DNA of 64,000 nucleotides from Tubiluchus corallicola (lineage: Eukaryota; Animalia; Priapulida), in contig JAQGDQ010000056.1 of the NCBI GenBank assembly GCA_030141605.1, positions 496,001 to 560,000 on the forward strand, given 5' to 3'. The position numbers and the translations under genes were made by a program. The notes under the pieces are model-generated. The model made no database searches. It was not told the DNA's origin and saw only the letters and a list, made by a program, of their open reading frames with translations. Of this stretch, positions 12,149-27,100 are shown piece by piece. How positions within the stretch are numbered: position 1 is the first letter of the stretch; every line of letters begins with the position of its first letter.

Positions 12149-15100
12149 CACAAAGGGTTGTCCTTGCCCACCAGATATATGCAACCAACACTAATCAGGA
12201 CAGCCACTAGATCAGGTTTCAGTTCAACAACTTTTAGCATGTCGAAAATTGCATCATCATAACTACATGGCAAAAAACAAATAAATTAAAATGTCAATAA
12301 TCAAATTAGGAAAGAGTTAAGAGAGGAAGGAGGAGATTATAACCACAAAAATACTTTTTCAACTTATTCCATTTTTTGAAAGATTCTAATTGATAAAATT
12401 CTTACTATGAGCATATTATAGCGCTCAACCATTCACCTCACTGCTGGCATGTTGCACACATTTTATTTTTATGCACATTACAGTAAAAAAATAAAAAAAA
12501 AGGTTTTTTACACAAAAACTTGAAAAGTTGGTAAATGATTGTTAGACACTTCTTTGACTACTAGATTTTACTGGTTGTTTTGGTCATTGACATAAACACA
12601 CAATTTAAATAAAATTGCAATCATTATATGCAAACCTTTATTAGCTAACTTAGAAATTGTCACCTGACTAAATCAAGTAAAACTGTGATATGTTGGCGTA
12701 CATATGAAATATTTTATTTATGTCGATTAGAAAAAAAAGCAGTGGTAAAAGCACAAGGTATCAAATTTCTGTGGAACATCACATGTGTATGTGTTAGCTG
12801 ACCTTTGTTTAGAGTAATACATGAGAGCTCTATGAAAAAATGCCATGTAGTTCGTAATGCTGCTGTCCAGTAACAGAGATACACTCAGATCTTGCAATGC
12901 TTTGTTGTATTTCACACTGAAATGAAACACAGGCTAATTAAAATCGAATAATCATTGATAAAAAATGGTGACAGCAATAAAAATGGTGTTTCAGAAAAGA
13001 CTGAGTTGTTTAAAAAAATAATTCTAGGACGTAGCATGTTCTAACAACCAAAAGTCAGTAAGCGCTTTCTCCTCTAACACTAGTACTGACACCATTAGTA
13101 TTGACTACTTATATCAGAGCTAGTAGTGAGTTAAAATCATATAACAAAGATTTAATGCAAAATGCAATGTAAAATTTTTCTAAGCATTTGGCTAAAGTTT
13201 TGAAGAGTACCTATCAATAGTACCTATCAATTATTATAATGGTGAATACATACAAAGTACTGTTTATTGTTACTTTTACTTGCAACCCATTTTCATCATA
13301 TGTTCTCTTCTTATGTGTTGCACAATTTGCTTTCTTTCAATAGTGTTACAAACAAACATTTTGTTGTATGCGGTTAGCTTCATGCACTTACTGTCGCAGC
13401 AAACATCCACGCTGATAAAAAGCTTGACTGTGGTTTGGCTCAATATGTATTACAATAGAGTAATCCTCTAAAGCATATTTCCATAATTCCCGAGCTACAT
13501 ACACCTTTGCTCTCAGCATCCGTGCTTCAGTATTCGTGGGATGATTGTTAAGAATCGACGAAAGAGCTATGTTGGCCCAGTGCCATTTCCTAAGTACAAG
13601 AAGCCTACATGTATCTTGTGTTTGATATCACCTTGCATTAAAATTTCTTAAAACAAAACAGCATTTGTCTTTGAATGAGAATGTCACGATGCCACAGTTA
13701 CACTTAGGTCTGTAAACACTGAATACCAAACACAAAAACTTCAAAAGTACACATGCAAAAGATGAATAACAAAAGCATGAAAGAACGATTATGTGAGACT
13801 ATGGTCTTTGATTCTTTTTTGGCTTGAATACAAATGATTTTGGTTAAGCATTGATCTCTTTTATCTACAAAATCAGGGTTTCTCGTGGCAAAATGGCAAA
13901 AATTTAGTATTTTTAATTAATTGAATTAAATACCGCCAGAATTTTATAAACATATTAATAATGTAAACAATTTTAATGATTCAAATTTAGTATAGTAATA
14001 TACAATTATGATAAAACTACTACATGGTGTAAAACAAATTTTCTGCACTTAAGGAACAATTGACGTCAAACATATTGGTCTATTGCTTCGCCTCCACTGT
14101 AAGGTAAGCACGCGCAGCGGCATTTGGGACAACAGCTCACGCTGGACAATAACTGTCTAAACTAAACTAAACAACGTGACAGTCACAACTAATGTCTAAT
14201 CAGTAGATAAACTGATTGCAATTTTTCATAAACATAAATTTGCAGAGCAGCAGCTATTTTACATGAAATTAACACTTCAAGTAGCCAAAAAATAACTTTT
14301 CAATTTAAAAAGACTGTAGAGAGGAAGTGTCAAAGGCACTACAAAATACAGAGGCATAAGTATTAATAAAGAAACTAAGCCAGTTATCCTTGCTTTACAA
14401 TAAATGAGGAACAACAACAAGTCCCTCTTGCCTTTAAACATACGAGCAGCATGCCAGCGACGTATTTTTTCCATATTAACTGATCATGTGCTCGTCTGCA
14501 AAATTTATCAAAGTTTTGTATTTTTCTGTTTGTAAGGCTACGGAAATGGAATAAATTGATTGTTCCATTCCACAGACGACTCTTATATTAAATACCCAAA
14601 TTACGTAAGTCCCAATGGCATCTTTTAGTGATGATTATGATCAGAAAAATAGCATAAAATTAACTAATATTGCAATGATGTATAATATTGATAATATTGG
14701 TTTTGACTGCATTTGAATTTATTTTGATGGTGGACATCTCATTGAGGTTTATAAAAACTGGCCAGAAAAGAAAACATTTTGTTTTGTCTTTATTTGAAGA
14801 TAATCAAATAGTTGTTTTTAACTAACTTGCAAAACCATAAACTAAACTAAACTAAACTAAACTGCGTATTTTTTTGATTTCCAAATGGTTTCATCAAGCA
14901 ACTCATAGACGTAAGCATAGTGCATTTCTTCCTATAAACGAAACTAGACTATATATTTCCACTAATTCACTTGACAATAATAAAATCTAGAACCAGACCA
15001 ATATTTCTCCCGCTAATGAAAGTTGAGCATTTTTCATAACAATATTACACAGATTTGTAGCTAAATGTCCCAAATGTACCTGCGTTAGTTAAGTTCTGCA

Positions 15101-18100
15101 GGGGTGTGAAATAACTTGCTCGCTGATTGGGCAATCAACGAAAATGATTGACATTATACTAGACGTCAGTTGTTTTACTAGATGATTTCTCCCTTAAGTA
15201 ATTTTATCTTGCATATCTTGCAAATACTTTGTCAGTTCACATTTACAAGAAACACCCAACAAGGTAAGGCTGGAAGTGAAGTCACCTATGAAAATAATTT
15301 TGGCTAAGAGGTCGAGCAAGATGTCTGTTTCAGTTTTTCAGCTTTCCTATTTTCCTATCTTATAAATAAGATGCAGATAGAGCATTAAAATGCAGAAAAA
15401 TAGCAAATCACTCATGAACAAGAAACTAAATTTTAGAAGTATGACAGGTTTTCCAAGTAAAATAACGTAGAACAAAGTTGGATGCTGGATGCATAAAACA
15501 ATTTAAGAAATTAATATAGAAAACATATGTAACTTTATCTTACTCAGCCTTGATGTACAGCGTTGCTTGTTTCATCTTGAGACTTATGTTAGTTGCATCA
15601 AATTGCAAAGCCTTTTCATAATCTAGGTTTGCCAAATCATAGCTTTTATTCTACATCCAGTAAAAAACACAAATTGAAAATTAGAGTTGTTTTTCTTGAA
15701 TCATGTTTCTCTGAGTTAAATAAAATTTAACATATTGGTTGTGTACAGAAGTATACAAAAATACACTGGACAGTTGTCTGGCCCAAGCTTATTTATTGAA
15801 CACTTTATGGTTATGGCAAAAAGATTTGACAAAGTGGATGTGAAACGCATAACATGCGGACTTGACAAAAATTAGTGTACAAAATAAATGAATTCACATA
15901 TTAAAATTTCATAAAAAAGAACAATAAACACCAAAGTGTTGAAAGCTTAGGAATGGAGCTTAGATTGAAACCTGGGGCAAATAGATTTACAAGTCTGAAA
16001 ACTTAGATCAAATAAACGGTCAGTTTGATGTAATCCATGACTTACTGGTTCAAATTGTGCTTAGTTTCCACTTTTTTCACATTTTTATTTCAGTTAAATT
16101 TCATTTTAAAAATTTAATAATTATACGTTCATTCAGCTAGAAGCCACTAGTTATGTAAAAATATGATTAGCTATATACAAGTGTGTTGCAAAATAGCTTA
16201 AACAGGAAAATGTGGCATGTTATGGAAATATGTCTTTATAATAAGCATTTTAGTAGCTAATAGTGATGGAATGTGTCTCAAATTTGCTGAACTGAGTTAC
16301 TGCTGGTTTTGGTGGAACAGTGCCAAACCAGGCTAAACCAAGCACAAAGCTTGTCAAGCTATTGCAGGGTTAGGTCAAGATGGACAAAAATTTTTACTTC
16401 CAAATCAAACTGAATGGGAAATTTTCAATAATAATGTTTCGAATAATGTTTTTAGAACTGCCTAATATAAAACAGCTACGGCTGTTTTTTTTGTAAATAA
16501 CACCCAAACAATGTTTCTCTCCCATTTTTACAAGGTGCAAAGAGCAGTGCAAAACTGAAAAGTTCTTTCTTTTTCAGGCACTTTTGTCAAGTTTCTGTTG
16601 CTGCCAGTTTCATTGCTCAGGGTTTTGAAAAGTCTCAATTTAGATTTGCAATTTTCTAGGTAAGGTAATACTTACAGTAGCAGTATGGAAGGCTGCTTTG
16701 TGAAAGGAAAATAACAACTTTAACGGAATAAATTTTGAGTTTTTTGGAATCATTCATAATTAATTAAGTGATTAGATACAATATAACACAATGTAATCTA
16801 ACCTCCCTGGTGTTACAACAAACCTCTTTCTTGCCTAGTCGAGTTTTCACAAGACAACCATTTGCCGAACCATTTTCTTACCTTTTCATGAAGCGCTGCT
16901 CGACGCAAAAGTAAATCATTATCTTTGGGTGTGGCCTTTATTGCCTCAGTGTAACAAACTAAAGCCATTTCAGTATTACTTTCAGATTCATATATTTCAG
17001 CCCTGCAAAACCAAGCTTCACATGATTGTGATTAATGTAGCAAGCTATAACTTCTTAGAATCACACATTCATTGACAAAGCCCAAATTGCAGAAAATTGC
17101 AGACATTCCTAATTAAAATATGCTTAGATACACATTGTTTTTTGTTTCTATTTATGGCACTTTACTTGCAATAGTATCAAGAAATAAATGCGCACAATTA
17201 ACTTGGCTCGGGAATTGTTACCAAGGCTAGATGACTTGGTTACTTCAGTGCTTTAATTTTCAGTTCACAGAAAGCATTTACAGTGACAACTATTGAAGTC
17301 ATTCATAACATAAGAACTTACAAGACCTTTCACTGCCCGCCACAAACTGTTGTTTCCTCATAGAGCAACAAATGTGTTGCGGAAGCACTGATAATCTATT
17401 AGAACCTTGCTCTAGAATGACACCTAGTCCACATGGAACAGATTCAGCATTAGACTCGAACTCACATTCTATGGATCACACAGTCACTTCAAAAAACTTT
17501 AATTAAACTGACTGGTTTTAGGAACTGTAACTGACAGTAATTATACAAATCACGACTTACTTCAGTAGTAATAATCAGTACACAAGACTAAAGGTGGTTA
17601 TGTTTGTCTGCATGACCAGTAAAAAATGGCTTTTTTATACAAGTGAAATGATGATTAGATCATATGAGACATATGTACAATGTAGCTACCAGATACTCAA
17701 TAATGAAACTTACTTAGCTTTATAAGCATCTGCAACAACTTGAGGGTTTGTTCCTGCTGCAGAGATAATGTGATCTAAATCTCTCATAGCTGCTGCAGTT
17801 TTTCCACGCTGTAGCAAAATCTTATATTTATACCAGTATGCATCAATCAGTTTGGGTTCCAATGAGATAGCTCTGCAAAAATGTTAATACAGTAAGTACT
17901 CGCTTAACAATTCCCCGTTTAGCAATATTTCATTTTAACAATGCAACGCTGAACATTTGACATCTTTTTTTTCATTTAATGATGCATGTTTCATTTTAAC
18001 AATGATTTCTTTTATTGGCCTAAAGTCTATTTTTATTTTATCAACAACTTTTTTGCCTAATATGAAGCATTAAAACAGAACGTATTGCATTCTATTCTAA

Positions 18101-21100
18101 AAATGCACTAGTAATTAAAACATTGTAGTCAATATATTATTTTTGCTTCCCGACTGGCTACTAAATGCCAGCCTTTTGTATCAAGCGAGATTCATTTGCG
18201 ATTTATATGCATTCAATTTATAGGCACCTGGGTGCAAATTTACGGGAAGTAATTTTGCGTGCAACCTGCTGTTATGACAACCAGACTAAGTATCTACATT
18301 TGTAGATATACATTGATGAAATAGTCGAAAGGTTGCCCCAGGGTTTAGTTTTGACAATGCAGCACTTATTGTATAACCACTGCCTAGGCTTCAACTTCGT
18401 TGCCACTGGATACTATTAGTAAAAAAGACAGATGGTTTCAAGCAAGCAATAAAAAATTAATCAGTAGAAATATGAATAAAACTCATGTATGATTTAAGCA
18501 GCAATGATTTTTGCCTTCGAAACATATCTTATATTTTTCAAATTACTTTCTACGGAAGTCCTGGCTTCCTTTAACAATGTTTCACTTAACGTCGCATACA
18601 GATGGAACACATTGACATTGTTAAGTGAGGAGCTAAAAATGTTCCTCATTTGTTCTTAGCAAACAAACAAAACCATTGCGTACTGAGGTAGAAAGAGCTC
18701 ATTCATTATTAATCGAGAAGGTGTTAAAATTCTTGTTTGACAGGTGAGACAATTAAATACCTTTCAATGTCTTTAAGAGCCATGGTGTACAGCTTCAGTC
18801 TAAAGTAGATTGCACCACGCCTACAAAGATAGGCTGCCACTAGCCCTTCACCGGACTCAATTACTTCATTCAAACTGTCCAACTCATCGCTAACTTCCTG
18901 TAAATAAAATATTTTTGTAAAATCATGTATCAATTCAAGACTAATAGCTGGAGTATCACTAGTATTAAAAATACTAATGAAGGTAAACCTTTCAATATCT
19001 GATCTTTCTTTTTTTCTACTTAAATTAAATCTGTCCTAACTACAAGGATTTTAAGTTGTTTCAGGATCCAAAAATGGTTTCTGGAAAACTATTTATAACA
19101 TTTTACTCAATCAGTCAATTTGTCAGCATCAACCAGCTCAAATCATGTAATCAAAACAATTAACATAAACGGAAAAGTAATACAAAAGTACTGATTTGAG
19201 TAACAACTCGGCGAATTCAACTTAACTGGTATAAGACACGAGAAAGAATGTAAACTTATACTTCTATAAGGTAATAAAAAAAATTATTATTATTATCAGC
19301 ATATCTGAATATCAGAATATAAATAAGGTTTTCAAAATTATTTTAAAAAACATTAAAAGGAAAATAACAGAATTTTCATTACCATGCAGTTTCCAACGCA
19401 CGTAGCCAGGACTTTACAAGGGGGAGCACTAATACATGTACTGTATAGTTTAATGCAGTTTGCACTCCCGTACCCCGTAAGCAAATTCTATTTGCCAAAT
19501 TGGGATCCACTGAAGGTGCCACATTTTGGTGGAGTATTCCAATCATTGATCAAAACAGCAAAACGTGCTATCCTGGCTGTCTTGAGCAATGCTGAAGTCG
19601 ACGACACAGTGTTACATACAACAATAATCTGAGCGGAAAGCCTGAATTAAGAATAATTCTGCCTTACCCAGATTTTACACACTCATTTTATGTTAAAATA
19701 AAAGTAAATCAACTTTGTTGATTTCATTGTGATAGGTTAGTTAGTTATTATCTTTCCTCCACTACAATGTTGAATGGGTCAGAATGACTCCAAAACTAGA
19801 GTAAATAAGAGTCATGAAACTTGCAGGGCAAAAACCCAGCATGGCTCAGACAATGATGCAGTGATCTTTAACTTTGGGTCAATGGATTAAGGATGTTGGA
19901 CGTCGGTCAATCTTACAATTGTCGCTAAGCTCCTCCTAGGGCTTGGAGTTAAATTCAAATTTTTTTTCACATGTATTTGAGTATTGTGGGGCAGATGTAC
20001 ACCTCGGGTTTCAAAGGTCATATTTAATGTAAAAACAAGTTTTCTTTCATTAAAAGAACTAACTGTAACTTAAATTTTTATACAAAATATATTAAATTTG
20101 ATGGTTTCTTTCTCAATAAAATCGGGCATCGAAGTTGTCATTCCTGCAATGGCTTCGTATGGATCATCACAATGTAAAGGGGGAGGGTCGAAAATAAATG
20201 GCATTCCGCCCCCCTAACACTGCATTCCTCGACAGAAAATGGCTCGTTCGTCTTCGAACCAGAATGGAGCATACGAGAAAGAAAACACATTTTATTGAAA
20301 TTTTTTAAATGTTACAAATGTAAGTAAATCGATTTTTAGCATAAAGCTTAACGTCTAAAAAATGTAAAACCTGTATTAACATGTTCAGAGCTGCATAACA
20401 TTACACAAAACGTGCATAATTTTTTTAAATTCAATGAAAGGTTGAGCCCAGGCTCCCATGGCTCCCTTCCCTGGCTACATGCCTGCAGTTTCCTTTCTAT
20501 TTGCACATAATTTTGTCACAACTGAATTAAAAGCTCAGGACCAGGGAACTTACGTTTCGCAAATTCAACAACACATGCATGGAAGCTTCAGAACTTTTAG
20601 CACGAGTAGACTCCGTCTTAAACATACACGTTTCATCTTCTGAGCTGGATTCGCGTATGTCTTTAATGTCCACGACTTTCTCCTTGACAAGAAATTGCTC
20701 ATCGAACCAATTATTCCAGATGTTGCGTGCAACTTCTCGGTCATCCAATGAATCACTTTAGAGGAAGAATTAATTGAGAAAAAAGAGCTTAGCAATTTAC
20801 AGTAAATTGCGAATTGTGAACAATAGTCATTTTAACACATAATAAAGCATGCAACTGTGGTCGGTCGGAAAGTTTGAAATTTCGAGTTACATGTCAAAGA
20901 ATGGGCAGAAACAATCAAACAAGATTAAATTTAAAAAATATGCAAAATTCAGCCCCAGGTTTAAATCAGAGATTTCAAGAACTTCCCACCAATCTCAGAG
21001 CTACGGGAAAAATTCCTTGTGTGTTAGTGTGTTTATACAGGGTATCTGGCAGAAGAAAAAGGTAATTATGATGATATAATGGAATTTACTGTACTATGAT

Positions 21101-24100
21101 AATTTCATGAGTTTAGATTGGTTTTTACAAAAGTGAATCGCAAAAATGCTGTACTTTAAGAAATCAATACATCATTGCAAAGCAGTTAACTATGAGACCT
21201 AAAAGGTGCTAGCAAGCAAAAGTTAAAATGCTTTAGTACGAATTTTTGTATGATAACGATATATGTGAATGAAGCAAGGACCACAGAAAATGACAAGCTA
21301 AGATCACGATGTCATTAATTTAGCCCAAGCATTTTAAAGGGGAAAAGAATCACATCAAAAACAGAAACTGGTTAGGCCTGTTCAAGGGTAATTAAGCATA
21401 AGGCTGAATAATGTGGCCTAAACTGTTTTCATTCTGTGTGTGATTTACATAGATAATTATAATACGCTAAACCATGCAAACCAGTTGGGTAAGAGTATAT
21501 CTACTTCAACCGTTGCAAAAAGAAGTTAGAACGTGTATCTGGAAGATATGCTGTTCATATACGAACAGCATAGTTCTCGACAACAGTTTATGATACCAAA
21601 CTATGAAAAACTGTTAGCAAAGTATGCTAACAGCTTTAATGCAAAAGTAGTAACTTGTGTGGACTTAAAAATATCCATTTCTTCAGTTTATATGGAGCAA
21701 CAGCAATGCTTCTGTCCTTAATATAAATCACTATATGCCAACAGTAAGTAGTCAACATAAGCAGAAGGTAACCCCATTTGAAACTATTACTTTAATATTA
21801 CTATTACATATAATAATCTTAATTACTGAATAGTCTACTTTCATTCATAAAATTGCCTCATCTAAAAAAGCGTACTAAATAAAAGAAATTGTTGGCTCTT
21901 GCTGTTATACATTACCAAAAATATTTCGCGATACTATTTATTATTTTTATGACGTTACTTACAAACCTTTTGTTGTCCCCAAAATTGCATTGTTTTGTTT
22001 AGATTTATGTATTTTGTTTTCAGTTTTTTTTTGATAATTTGTACTATTTTTTTCTTATTTGTTTTTGTTATCTGCAGCATCACCATTTATTTTTAATATA
22101 CCAATTTATCTATAAGAAAGGGCAGGAGACTAGATGACCCTATGGTCCCTCCTTGCCCTGCTCCATAATTACAATTATTTAATATTTAACAAACTTTTGC
22201 TGTAAAGCTATATTGGAGAAAATAAATGTTTTATGTCTGTGTCTATGTCTATGTAATGAATAAGCAAGTACCCTGCCAATTGCTTATTGACTGCAGTACG
22301 GACTTTTAGACACAAATAATCATCAAGTCAATATGCAATCGTTTAGCAAACTTTTAACAAATAAGCCCTGCAGTGACAGAATGAGAGTCAAACATGTAAT
22401 AAACTAAAATTGCTGCTCTGATTTAAAATATTACTGCCATACTAACAGTCAGTAAAATCTATTTAAAATTATATTAAAAGTTGTGTACGTGGGCAACTCT
22501 GGCAGCCAAGATACTCTAAGCTTTGTATGGGCACAAATAAGTGTATTGTCAACATAACTTCTTAAATTAACAACTTATTATTTAGCAAAATTAATTAAAT
22601 GTTGATTATTAAAAAGAATACAGCATCTTTTACTAAGCTGGAATAAAATTAATAATGTTGAGTTTAACGAAAACTATGGAAACATACATACTCAAGCATG
22701 CCTTGTTCCTCTTTACAATCACCCCAGTTTAATGATGAAGGGAAACTTCTTGTATATCGAATAGATTGCTGTTTTGATCTAATAAATATTCGCGAAATTT
22801 TACGGAGATCAATGCAATCATATGATACTGATCTGTAAAAAAACCGAGAAAATATCTAAAAATGTGAACATCCAGTGTCACAACTGTAACTTGTACCAGC
22901 AGCAAATGAGAAATGATGTGTGACAAATGTTCGAGAGAAGTACTCAAATATAAGTGTTAATCTTTCATGCTGAAACGTGTAATTACCCATGGCAAATAGA
23001 CTGAAAATAGTGAGCTGGGCCAAGTTGTGTTTCCAAAAATGTCATGGAAAAAATTGACATGCTTCTTTATTTAACAATTTACTTATATGAATGGAATTTC
23101 GAGTGATATCATAACAAATGACTGCAAAAATTCACATACATATTAATTATAACATAGTCTTATCAATTTATAAACAATATCATGCCAGAATAATGTGGAT
23201 GACATACTTTACAATATTTATTTTAATCACTCTTTATATAAAGAGAATATGCCTATAAAAAGGAGTTGCTGATGGAAAGTAGCTTCTTGTAGAACATTTA
23301 ATTTTACATGATGATGATACTGATGTGATTCGCACCATTTAATTCAAATAAATTGATAACCACTTTAGTTAAAAATACTAGTGAAGAGATTTGAAATCTA
23401 CTGAAATTAAAATAACTTTTATAGTACCAAAACTACCAACAGAGTACAGACTTTTTTCTGTCATCCATCTGCTATGATTTTAACTTTTGGCTGCAATTTC
23501 CTCCGGGATTTTTTTATGATTCTCTTTTGCAAAGTCAATCAATAGGACATAATGTCATGGAAAGAAAATTGCAACTGAGTGAAAAAAGATAATAGGAAAC
23601 TTTGCAGCAATATCTAATAGATTCTGTTGGAGACTGGGTCAGCTTTAGTCATTTCTTACACAGTGTTGGAGAATGAGCCAATTTTCCTCTTATACATATA
23701 TGAGCAATTTCACTGTATGCACAAAGCAGAACAAGGCACTCGTACTTTTAAGCCAGTCAAAGTCCTTGCAATAACCAGTTAGTGATCAAGCTAAATAACA
23801 AATTTTACAATCAGGGTGATAATGTTTAATATCAAACAGCAATTGTGGGATATCAGAACAAGATAACAATAGTAAATTTGTTTTTGGCAAGAGAAATAAT
23901 TATGAAATCCAGAATACTGATTTTAAAAATGATAGTGTCCCCTGACTTCCCAAGTGAAAAAAAGGCCCATAGCAATCTCTATTGATTTAGTTTGCTTAGT
24001 TAGCAGCACTGCCCTACAGCTTCATTGTTATTTCAATCAAAAAAGTTGGTTCACAGAAAAAATTATTTTTATAACACGACTGCAAATGTCTTTTATTTTT

Positions 24101-27100
24101 GAATATTATTTGATAAATGACGTAAGATTTTGTACCTGCTTGTACATATTAAGCCTCATTGTCAGGAACTTGCTCTCTAACAGATCATTTCATTTCATTA
24201 ATCGGCATCATTCCACCTAAATAATATGATAATGGCACAGTCCAATTTACTAACCTTGAAAGCACCCCAGATTCGTGACCTTCAGTATCACTGCTACTAC
24301 TCTTACTGCCAGATAAGTTCTATAAAATAATAAACACTGTTAGATATATAATAATGAAGAAAGGCAGAGCATAGTTGTCTTCTCTTGTCCAGTTTAGCAT
24401 ACTAGCTAACAAAACTTTAACTACATTTTTTTATTTTCTGTGAGTAAAATTCTAGGTACTCTACTATCAACTCACTCTCCCACTCTCAGCATTGCAAAAT
24501 GAAGCTATACGCATTATAAAGCCTGAATCATAAAACAAGGAATCCAAAATATGCAATACAAATTTGTTGTTCAATGACATGCAATAAGAATAATAGCCTA
24601 TACAGCAGTCCGAAGAACATGAAAATACATAAACAAGTGTACAAATATTATTCATGCAGCTAAAATACAAAAGTGCATATAATCTGCACATATATTATGA
24701 GCTTCTTGTATGCAGAATAATTGTTTGTAGCTACACTTATTTTGGGCTAATCCATAACACAAACATGTGCGTAGCAATCCAGGAAATGCCGTGGAGATTA
24801 TGCCACCTAAAATTAGTTTTACAATAAAAAAGAGGAGCATAAATATACTGAAATCCCAATTAGCGACTATTTTGAAGGGTGATAATTTTGGCAACCAAAA
24901 TTAAGCAAAGCGGATAATGCCAATTTGGGACAATAAATTTTTTGTGAAAGATTTCAACCTTTAATTTTTATTGCTTATGCTGGATTGTTGGATGATGCTG
25001 TAATTTATTATAGCCTCCACAGTTCAAATTAATTCAAGACCTTTTGCAACCATTTTTACAAAAAATATTTGCACATACATTAAGTCCTCCTTTGACGCTT
25101 TCTGGCTTAGCAATGTTTCGTTTTAATGACGCTGAACATTTGACATCTTTTTTCATTTAACGATGCACCGTTTCATATTAACAACAATTTTTTTACTTTG
25201 CTCGAAGCCAATTTTTATTTTGTCAACAATTTTTTACCTAATTTGATGCATTAAAACAGTACATATTGCGTTATTCTGTTCTAAAAAGGCACTAGTAACA
25301 TAAACAGCGCAATTATTATACAAGTATACGCTTTTGCTTCCCAACTGACCACGAAATTCTTGCCGCTTGTATCAAGCGAGATTGAGGGGCAAACTTTATG
25401 AGAAGAAATTTTGCCTGCATCCTGTTACTATAGCAACCAGACTAAGTATCCAGATAAAAGGTCGTCCCAGGGTTTGCCTTTGACTCTGCTGCAGCATTTA
25501 TTGTTTAACCGTTGCCTAGACTTAAATATCAACGAAAGACAAATCACTAGCTAGGTAAAAGTAAGGTGGCTTACTAGGTAAATATAGGTGGCTTCAAGCA
25601 AGCAGAAAGAAATTAATCAGTAGAATCATGAGTAAAACTCATGAAACATTTAATTTATATGATTTAAACATCATTGATTTTTCCCTCTGGAATGTACTTC
25701 AATTCTTTTACATTACTTTCTGTGAAAGTCTTGGCTTCATTTAACGATGTTTTACTCAATGTCGTGTTTTGCTGAAATGCATTAGTGTCGTTAAGCAAGG
25801 ACTCACTGTAATTGCAACGAGATCATAATTAAAGCACTGTACTTACCAAGATAGATTTAAGCAACTTATCCTTTTTGAAATCAAATTCTGGCACTTCAGT
25901 AAATGGTTTTATTGCAATAGTCATTGATTTACTAAGACGTTGTTCTGGAAGCAGTTTCAGCCAACTTGTAGTAAGCTTTCTTTTTGCATGACGATGCGCC
26001 CGTGGCTCGTTTGTCTCTAAGACTTCATGTTTTTTTGTTAATGAACTGTTACCAATTCTGGTGTCACTAAGGCGGTCACGATTTATCGTTCCACTTTTTC
26101 TTTCATAAATAGTCACCAACTGCTGGCTGTCAAGGTCTGCCAAAGTCCTCAATTCCTTCTCTAACTGCAACTTTTCTTCCTTCTCCTCAAGCACTGTCAC
26201 AGTTCTGTCCCGTTCTCTTATCAAATCTGTGAGTGACTGGTCAACTTTTTGCTGGACTGCGCTTATATTGTCCACTTTACTTGGAACTGTTACTTCTTCT
26301 TCCTTTAAAATAGAAGACTGCTGTCTCTCTTTATGTCTCAGGTGCTTTGGTGTCTTGGCCCTAGTGCTAGGAACTTGCAATGTTCCTGGTTGGACATGAC
26401 TAGTAGGTTTACTGGCAGAATCTTTCACTGTCTCAGATTTTTCAAGTTCGTCAATCTCACTGTGCAGGAATGCTGCTTGTTCCATAACTTCATCTTCGAC
26501 GTATTCTAATGACAGTTGTTTTGCAAAAGTCAGCCTGCAAGTAATAAACAATTTCACCAATAATAAACCAGTTTTTCATTTCCCAACCACAGTGCAGCAT
26601 TTAATACAACTGAAGTATACACATCTGTGAATAAATTAACAAAGGTTGTAGATGTGCCATTCAGACACAGATTAATCAACTTTCCCAACACGTTCATTTA
26701 AAACTTCAGCAATAAAATAAAAAAAGTTTTTACAGTGCTATATCAACATAAGGATTTGACACTTGAATTATTTTTTATTTTACAGTTTTGCTAGAAATAA
26801 AGAGCATATAAATGAACATTACCTTAAACAACTAAAAACAAAAACAATTATGAAAGATGATGCAAAAACTTAGGGAGGCGACATTTCACAAAAGTTTTGC
26901 TTGTTTCCTAAATAATAATATATGTTTCTATAATAATCTGATAAAAAGATTGCTCATTTTGTTGAAAATTTCACAACAAAACTGTCAAAGTGCTGATTAA
27001 AAGGCAAATTTCACATGAAACTGAATAAATCGCTTAGAATTTTAAATCTTCTACCTGTAATCTTAGTTGTAATGGCAATCTTAATCTTGTTTACGTAATC

